Positions 27,024 through 32,019 of a stretch of 32,019 bases of DNA are shown piece after piece. Within the stretch, counting starts at the first letter, position 1. Each line of letters begins with the position of its first letter. Under the pieces are notes generated by a model. The model had not been told where the DNA came from, did no database searches, and saw only the letters and a list, made by a program, of their open reading frames with translations. The position numbers and the translations under genes are program-made. Source of the stretch: Patescibacteria group bacterium. GTDB taxonomy: Bacteria; Patescibacteriota; Minisyncoccia; UBA6257; WO2-44-18. Where the stretch lies: positions 1 through 32,019 of the forward strand of contig JBBTRE010000069.1 in NCBI GenBank assembly GCA_038065375.1. Reading direction: 5' to 3'.

Positions 27024-28397
27024 ATGAAGACCATTTTTCTAACGGCTTTTACCAACTTTGTTGTCCGCAACATTTTAGACACTGAGGTTCTGCGGATTTT
27101 GAAGTCCGATCCGAATTTGAAAATAGTAATTTTGGCTCCCGATGAAGAAAGGGATTATCTTACTAAACATTTTTCTTCCGGCAATGTAGTGGTTGAAGGA
27201 GTCAGAATGCTGCCGGTTGGGACCACTAAGGCCCTGATCAGTTTTATTTGTCGCTCGCTTGTAAAAACCTATACCACCGAAATGTTTGCCAAACTCCGCT
27301 ATGGTCGCCTGGAATATTTTTGGTATCGTTTTTTTCTGAATTTATTCGCCGGCAGGGAGTGGTTTATGAAACTGATGCGCTTTCTGGATAATTTTTTGCT
27401 TAATAAAAATCGCTTTATTTTCTATATTGAAAAATATCAACCCTCTCTAGTTTTTTCTACCGACATCACCGATCGTAGCACCGGCGAGAGCGATATTGAT
27501 CTGATTAGAGAGGCGCGGCACCGCGGCATTCCAGTTATTGGCATGGTCCGTTCCTGGGACAACCTCACCTCTCGTGGGATTATCCGGCAGGTTCCGGATA
27601 AGATCCTCTTGCATAATGAAATCTTGAAAAATGAATGTGTGAAATATCACGGCATCTCGCCGGAAAAGATCATCGTCACTGGCATCCCGCACTACGACAA
27701 CTATCTGAAAGTTGAAAAGCTCTCCAGAGAAGAATTCTATCAACCCCTGGGTCTCGATCCGCGGAAGAAGACTGTGTTTTTTGTGGTAACTGCTGATGGT
27801 TTTTTAGAGAAACAATTTGGCGGGCGCAAACCCACTATTAATCGGCACATTTTGGAGTTATTAACTAAGCTGAATCCCGACAAATATCAAATTCTCGTTC
27901 GGTTTCCTCTAATCGGAACGGTAGATCTGGGTGATTTCCGGACACCGGCGAATATGGTCTTTGATCATCCCGGTAAGCTCTTCGGTAAGGGAGAGCTGGA
28001 CCGCGATGCCGACTATCATTTGATCAATTCCTTGTATCACTGTGATGTCGGGATTCCCGGCCCATCAACTATCGCTGCTGACACTTTAATTTTTGATAAG
28101 CCGCTGGTTGTGGTTGGTTTTGATAAAGAAAAAGATTTGCCGATTGAGGCGAGTATGCGTAAATTCCTGGCCTTAGAGCACCTCCGGCCGCTTACTGATC
28201 TTGGCGCGGCCAGAATTGCTGATAGCGAATCGGAATTACTCGTTATGCTTAATCAGTATCTGGAGAGTCCCGGTCTAGACGCAGAGAACCGCCGAAAAGC
28301 TATTGTGGCCATTTGTTGGAAACTAGATGGGCAGGCGAGCAAGAGGGTGGCCGATGTTATTTTGTCGGCGGCGCAGATGGATTCTCCTTTTGAATAA
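27024..28397 (+). CDS. Putative GT-B transferase (CDP-glycerol glycerophosphotransferase/sialyltransferase-like)
   Basis: VRSWDNLTSRG, VTGIPHYD, STIAAD..IFDKP, DGQASKRV; directly follows neuA. Start ATG 27024. Confidence 0.6.
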   Translation: MKTIFLTAFTNFVVRNILDTEVLRILKSDPNLKIVILAPDEERDYLTKHFSSGNVVVEGVRMLPVGTTKALISFICRSLVKTYTTEMFAKLRYGRLEYFWYRFFLNLFAGREWFMKLMRFLDNFLLNKNRFIFYIEKYQPSLVFSTDITDRSTGESDIDLIREARHRGIPVIGMVRSWDNLTSRGIIRQVPDKILLHNEILKNECVKYHGISPEKIIVTGIPHYDNYLKVEKLSREEFYQPLGLDPRKKTVFFVVTADGFLEKQFGGRKPTINRHILELLTKLNPDKYQILVRFPLIGTVDLGDFRTPANMVFDHPGKLFGKGELDRDADYHLINSLYHCDVGIPGPSTIAADTLIFDKPLVVVGFDKEKDLPIEASMRKFLALEHLRPLTDLGAARIADSESELLVMLNQYLESPGLDAENRRKAIVAICWKLDGQASKRVADVILSAAQMDSPFE

Positions 28398-29124
28398 CGT
28401 AACAAACGTTGTATGCCCAGCGATATTTTAATGCCTGTTCAAACTTCGGGAGATGTTTTGATAAACGGAAAACCAATTCTCTTAATTTTCCTTTCCAACC
28501 ACGAAAAACTTTTGGAGTGACTAGGTACTCTGTACCCAAGACTTTAAATCCTCGGAAAATAGTTTTTTCCAGAATCCCCTTTGGCAGCAGGGCAATGTGG
28601 TTATTTTCCGGACGATAACTGGCAAAATATCCCTTACGCATAAGGAAGTCTATGCTGGGACGGGATAAGACATGAGGGGTGGTAAACAGGAAGATGCCCC
28701 CTGTTTTCAAAACTCTATTGACCTCTCGGGACGCGTGAAATGGATTCTCCAGATGGGGGATTACACACCAAGCAGTTACCGCGTCGAAAGTATTATCTGG
28801 CCATGGGAGTTTTTCCGTGCTTAATTCGGCAAGTTTATATTCTTTTACCAGCGGCTTAACTTCTGCTGGCAAGTATTCTAAAATATCGTGCGCGTATAAG
28901 TTTTTGAAACCTGCATCGTTCAGTTGTTGCAGGAAGAGTCCGCTGGCAGTTCCTAAGTCCAAAACTTTTGCATCTTCTTTCCGCCAGCCCAGGTTTTTCG
29001 CATAAGAGTTCAGAACATCAATTCCAAAATTGTATCGCACATTTTTGCCGGCGCAATTTTTAAGTTTTCCCGCAACTTCATCTTTATGGCTGCCTCTCAA
29101 TTCTTCAGCTGTAAAGTATTTCAT
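28357..29124 (-). CDS. Class I SAM-dependent methyltransferase
   Basis: VLDLGTASG, LPWPDNTFDAV, HLENP, RVLKTGG. Confidence 0.88.
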   Translation of the reverse strand: MKYFTAEELRGSHKDEVAGKLKNCAGKNVRYNFGIDVLNSYAKNLGWRKEDAKVLDLGTASGLFLQQLNDAGFKNLYAHDILEYLPAEVKPLVKEYKLAELSTEKLPWPDNTFDAVTAWCVIPHLENPFHASREVNRVLKTGGIFLFTTPHVLSRPSIDFLMRKGYFASYRPENNHIALLPKGILEKTIFRGFKVLGTEYLVTPKVFRGWKGKLRELVFRLSKHLPKFEQALKYRWAYNVCYVIQKENPSAPPTK

Positions 29125-29147
29125 ATTTGTGTTAATTTTAACAAAAA

Positions 29148-30359
29148 ATGGCTAAAGATAAAGCCCTATCCAACCTGATTAATCAGGAAATCAGGCGGCA
29201 GAAGGAGACCATTAACCTGATCCCTTCGGAAAACTATATTTCTCCGGAGATGTTGGCGGTTTTAGGCTCCCCATTAACTAACAAGTATTCGGAGGGCTAT
29301 CCCGGTAAGCGCTATTATCCCGGCAATCAGTTTTATGATGAGATTGAGATGTTGGCCCAAGAGCGGGCATTAAAGTTTTTTGGTTTGAAACCGGCCGAGT
29401 GGCGAGCTAATGTCCAGCCCTATTCCGGTTCTCCGGCAAATTTGGCGATCTATGCCGCTTTACTTGAGAAAAATGAGGTAATTTTGAGTTTGCGATTGGA
29501 TGCCGGCGGCCATTTGAGTCACGGACATAAAGTCAGCGCTTCAGGAAAATTTTTTAAAGTCGTGCACTATAACGTCGGAGATGATGGGCTTATTGATTAC
29601 GAACGGTTAGCGGAAATTGCCCGAGAAAGCAGCGCCAAGATAATTGTTTCCGGGTTTACTGCCTATCCTAGAAAAGTTGATTTTGCCAAAATCGGTAAAA
29701 TTGCCACTGCCGTTGGCGCCTACCATCTCGCCGATATTTCTCACATTGCCGGTTTAGTTGGCGCCGGTCTCCATCCTTCACCATTCGCGCACAGCGACGT
29801 GGTGATGACCACTACTCATAAAACTCTACGGGGACCGCGGGGAGCGGTGATTTTTTCCCGCATGGAGTTGGCTGATCGAATTGATCGGGCAGTTTTTCCG
29901 GGAATGCAAGGCGGCCCGCATAATAATATTATTGCCGCCAAGGCATTGATGTTTTTTGAAGATTCTACCCCGGCCTTTAAAAAATATCAGCAGCAAATTG
30001 TAAAAAACGCCCTGATGCTCGCCAAGTCATTGGTGAAAAATGGTTTTAAGTTGTTGACCGGCGGAACCGACACCCATCTGATGCTGATTGATTTAAGGAA
30101 TGCCGGGCTGACCGGGATGGAAGCTGAAAAGCTATTGGAAAAAAATAACATCAACGCCAATCGCAACTCCCTGCCCGGCGATCCTTCGCCGTTCAATCCG
30201 ACTGGTATTAGATTAGGAACTCCGGCTGTGACCACTCGTGGTATGAAAGAAAAGGAGATGGTGAAAATCGCCGATTTTATCTATCGCGCCTTGGTGAAGA
30301 AAGAAAATGTCGCTAAAGAAGCGTTGGTCTTGTGTAAAAAGTTCCCACTGCCCTATTAA
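29148..30359 (+). CDS. glyA: Serine hydroxymethyltransferase
   Basis: LIPSENY, NKYSEGYPGKRYY, VQPYSGSPAN, GGHLSHG, TTTHKTLRGPRG, FPGMQGGP, GIRLGTPAVTTRG. Confidence 0.97.
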   Translation: MAKDKALSNLINQEIRRQKETINLIPSENYISPEMLAVLGSPLTNKYSEGYPGKRYYPGNQFYDEIEMLAQERALKFFGLKPAEWRANVQPYSGSPANLAIYAALLEKNEVILSLRLDAGGHLSHGHKVSASGKFFKVVHYNVGDDGLIDYERLAEIARESSAKIIVSGFTAYPRKVDFAKIGKIATAVGAYHLADISHIAGLVGAGLHPSPFAHSDVVMTTTHKTLRGPRGAVIFSRMELADRIDRAVFPGMQGGPHNNIIAAKALMFFEDSTPAFKKYQQQIVKNALMLAKSLVKNGFKLLTGGTDTHLMLIDLRNAGLTGMEAEKLLEKNNINANRNSLPGDPSPFNPTGIRLGTPAVTTRGMKEKEMVKIADFIYRALVKKENVAKEALVLCKKFPLPY

Positions 30360-31169
30360 ATGATTGTTATTGATGGAAAGAAAATAGCCGGAGAGATTAT
30401 TGCCGATCTGAAAAAACGACCAGCTCCGCAAAAAGAATTGGCGGCGATTTTAGTCGGCGAAAATTCCGCCTCAGCCAGTTTTCTTCGTCAGAAAGAAAAG
30501 ATTGCCAAAGAGCTGGGAGTGAGCTTCCGACTTTATAACCTAAGCTCCGATTTTTCCGAGGGAGAGCTGATTGCCGAACTAACCAAATTAATTTCCGGCG
30601 ATCAGGTGGGTGGTTTTATTTTGCAATTACCACTGCCAGTCAAGTATGATCGCGCTAGTGTTTTAGCCGCTTTGTCATCCGGAAAAGACGTTGACGCGTT
30701 GACTGGCAAGAGTAAGGCGGTTCCCCCGGCGGTTTTAGCTGTTCAGGATGTTTTGAAAGAAGTTAATTATTCAGTAACCGACAAAGTTGTTGGTGTAGTC
30801 GGCCGGGGATTATTGGTAGGGCGACCGATTGCTGAGTATTTCACCGGGAAGTGTCGCGAGGTGATAATTTTTCACACCAAGACCGATTTGAGCCGGATTG
30901 CGGACTGCGACTTGGTGATTTGCGGCGCCGGTAAAGCTGGTTTAATAAAGCCGGAGATGCTGAAAGCCGGAGCTGAGGTAATTGATTTCGGTTTTGCTGT
31001 GGTTGATGGCAAAATCTCCGGTGACTTCGATGCGAAGGCATTAGAAGCTGGTCACTGGTCACTAGGGTTCTACACGCCAACGCCGGGGGGAACCGGTCCA
31101 ATTCTGGTTGCTGAATTGTTCAAAAATTTCTACAATATGGTATCGGATGGAATATCTAACGCCAGATGA
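30360..31169 (+). CDS. folD: Bifunctional methylene-THF dehydrogenase/cyclohydrolase
   Basis: IDGKKIA, SFLRQK, GFILQLPLP, KDVDAL, GRGLLVGRP, TPTPGGTGP; directly follows glyA. Confidence 0.9.
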   Translation: MIVIDGKKIAGEIIADLKKRPAPQKELAAILVGENSASASFLRQKEKIAKELGVSFRLYNLSSDFSEGELIAELTKLISGDQVGGFILQLPLPVKYDRASVLAALSSGKDVDALTGKSKAVPPAVLAVQDVLKEVNYSVTDKVVGVVGRGLLVGRPIAEYFTGKCREVIIFHTKTDLSRIADCDLVICGAGKAGLIKPEMLKAGAEVIDFGFAVVDGKISGDFDAKALEAGHWSLGFYTPTPGGTGPILVAELFKNFYNMVSDGISNAR

Positions 31170-31836
31170 AATTAAGGCCAATAAACAGGGCCTACAAGGC
31201 AAGTTTAAGCTTAAAGAGGCCCAACACCCCGGTACGATCAAGGGTCGTAGCGCGGGCATATTTTTTGGCGCAGTAAACGATAAAAACGCGAAAATCCTGG
31301 ATTTCGGAGTTGGATCCGGCGCCTTCCTCAAATCAATTCACGAACAAGGTTATCAAAACCTGTATGGTTGCGATATTGATAACTATCTTGCCACTGAAGT
31401 TAAACCGATGGTAAAAGAATTTCAAACTTTTGATGCCAGCTTCGGAAAGTTTCCCTGGCCCGATCAATCTTTTGACGTAGTTACCGCCTGGGAGGTTTTT
31501 GAGCACTTGGAAAACCCACATCAGGCGCTTCGGGAAGTGAACCGGATTTTGAAGGCGAACGGTTTGCTGGTAATTTCCTTACCGAACATTTTTCATATCG
31601 TCTCCCGGTTAATTTTTCTGAAGCGTGGTCTTTTCCCGCGTTGGAATGAAACTAATAATCATATTTCTATGTTTCCGCATGGAATCTTTGAGAAAACATT
31701 TTTGAAATACTTCAATCTGGAAAAAGAGGGGTACGTTTTTTCTAAAGTAAATCTACCGTTAATAAGCTCCATCAAGTGGTTGCCAGAGAATCAGTGGTTC
31801 GGTAATTGGGTTTACTACGTTCTCAAGAAGAAATAA
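31147..31836 (+). CDS. Class I SAM-dependent methyltransferase (paralog of 28357-29124)
   Basis: ILDFGVGSG, FPWPDQSFDVV, EHLENP, RILKANG. Start ATG 31147 (MEYLTPDEI) matches the paralog N-terminus MKYFTAEEL. Confidence 0.88.
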   Translation: MEYLTPDEIKANKQGLQGKFKLKEAQHPGTIKGRSAGIFFGAVNDKNAKILDFGVGSGAFLKSIHEQGYQNLYGCDIDNYLATEVKPMVKEFQTFDASFGKFPWPDQSFDVVTAWEVFEHLENPHQALREVNRILKANGLLVISLPNIFHIVSRLIFLKRGLFPRWNETNNHISMFPHGIFEKTFLKYFNLEKEGYVFSKVNLPLISSIKWLPENQWFGNWVYYVLKKK

Positions 31837-32019
31837 ATGAGGATCTTATTTTTAAATCATGATTTGAGCCCATACACCGGCGCTGGTCGGTTTTTTATTT
31901 TTCTGACTTCAACGCTGAAACATCTGATGCCAGATGTTTCTATTAAAGTTGCTACTTCGGAGGATTTGATCTCGCCGAATAAATTCCGCCTTTTATTAAA
32001 CTTTCCTAAAATCTTGAAG
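31837..32019 (+). CDS. Probable glycosyltransferase family 4 (partial, runs off the right end)
   Basis: Manual translation MRILFLNHDLSPYTGAGRF... is a typical GT4 N-terminus; the frame stays open to the window end. Confidence 0.6.
   Translation, partial: MRILFLNHDLSPYTGAGRFFIFLTSTLKHLMPDVSIKVATSEDLISPNKFRLLLNFPKILK

Noticed and set aside
1-32019. Alternative genetic code (TGA=Gly) or tRNA/rRNA genes
   Set aside because: All long ORFs are intact under code 11 and folD ends at TGA at the expected length. No cloverleaf or rRNA-like segments were seen in the intergenic gaps.

Overview
A 32-kb bacterial chromosomal segment in genetic code 11 (Trp read from TGG; TGA is used as a stop in folD). 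Its gene set and style look like Patescibacteria/CPR (Parcubacteria); this is an inference from a large PG-binding S-layer-like protein, compact genes and mostly SD-less starts. Left part: partial ftsK, a HAD hydrolase, a phosphomannomutase split into two genes, a ~270-bp cruciform element, a divergent folD paralog, a His/Asp-tailed lipoprotein, two RNase H-fold proteins, a cysteine desulfurase and clpB. Middle part: a membrane protein, a helical-bundle + DeoR-type wHTH protein whose gene holds 15 YGGCAA motifs, a 1268-aa S-layer-like protein, a TPR protein and a palindrome-rich spacer. Right part: a surface-glycan locus with five GT4s, a Wzx flippase, neuC, sqdB (UDP-sulfoquinovose synthase), neuA, a putative transferase, two paralogous methyltransferases flanking glyA-folD, and a partial GT. 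Top leads: (1) the neuC-sqdB-neuA arrangement, a possible sulfonated nonulosonic acid pathway; (2) the frame-independent CGGCAA array inside the wHTH gene upstream of the S-layer gene; (3) the cruciform element that pairs with the SD of the divergent folD; (4) scattered 7-bp-period microarrays, several inside genes. All calls come from motif recognition only; no searches were run.
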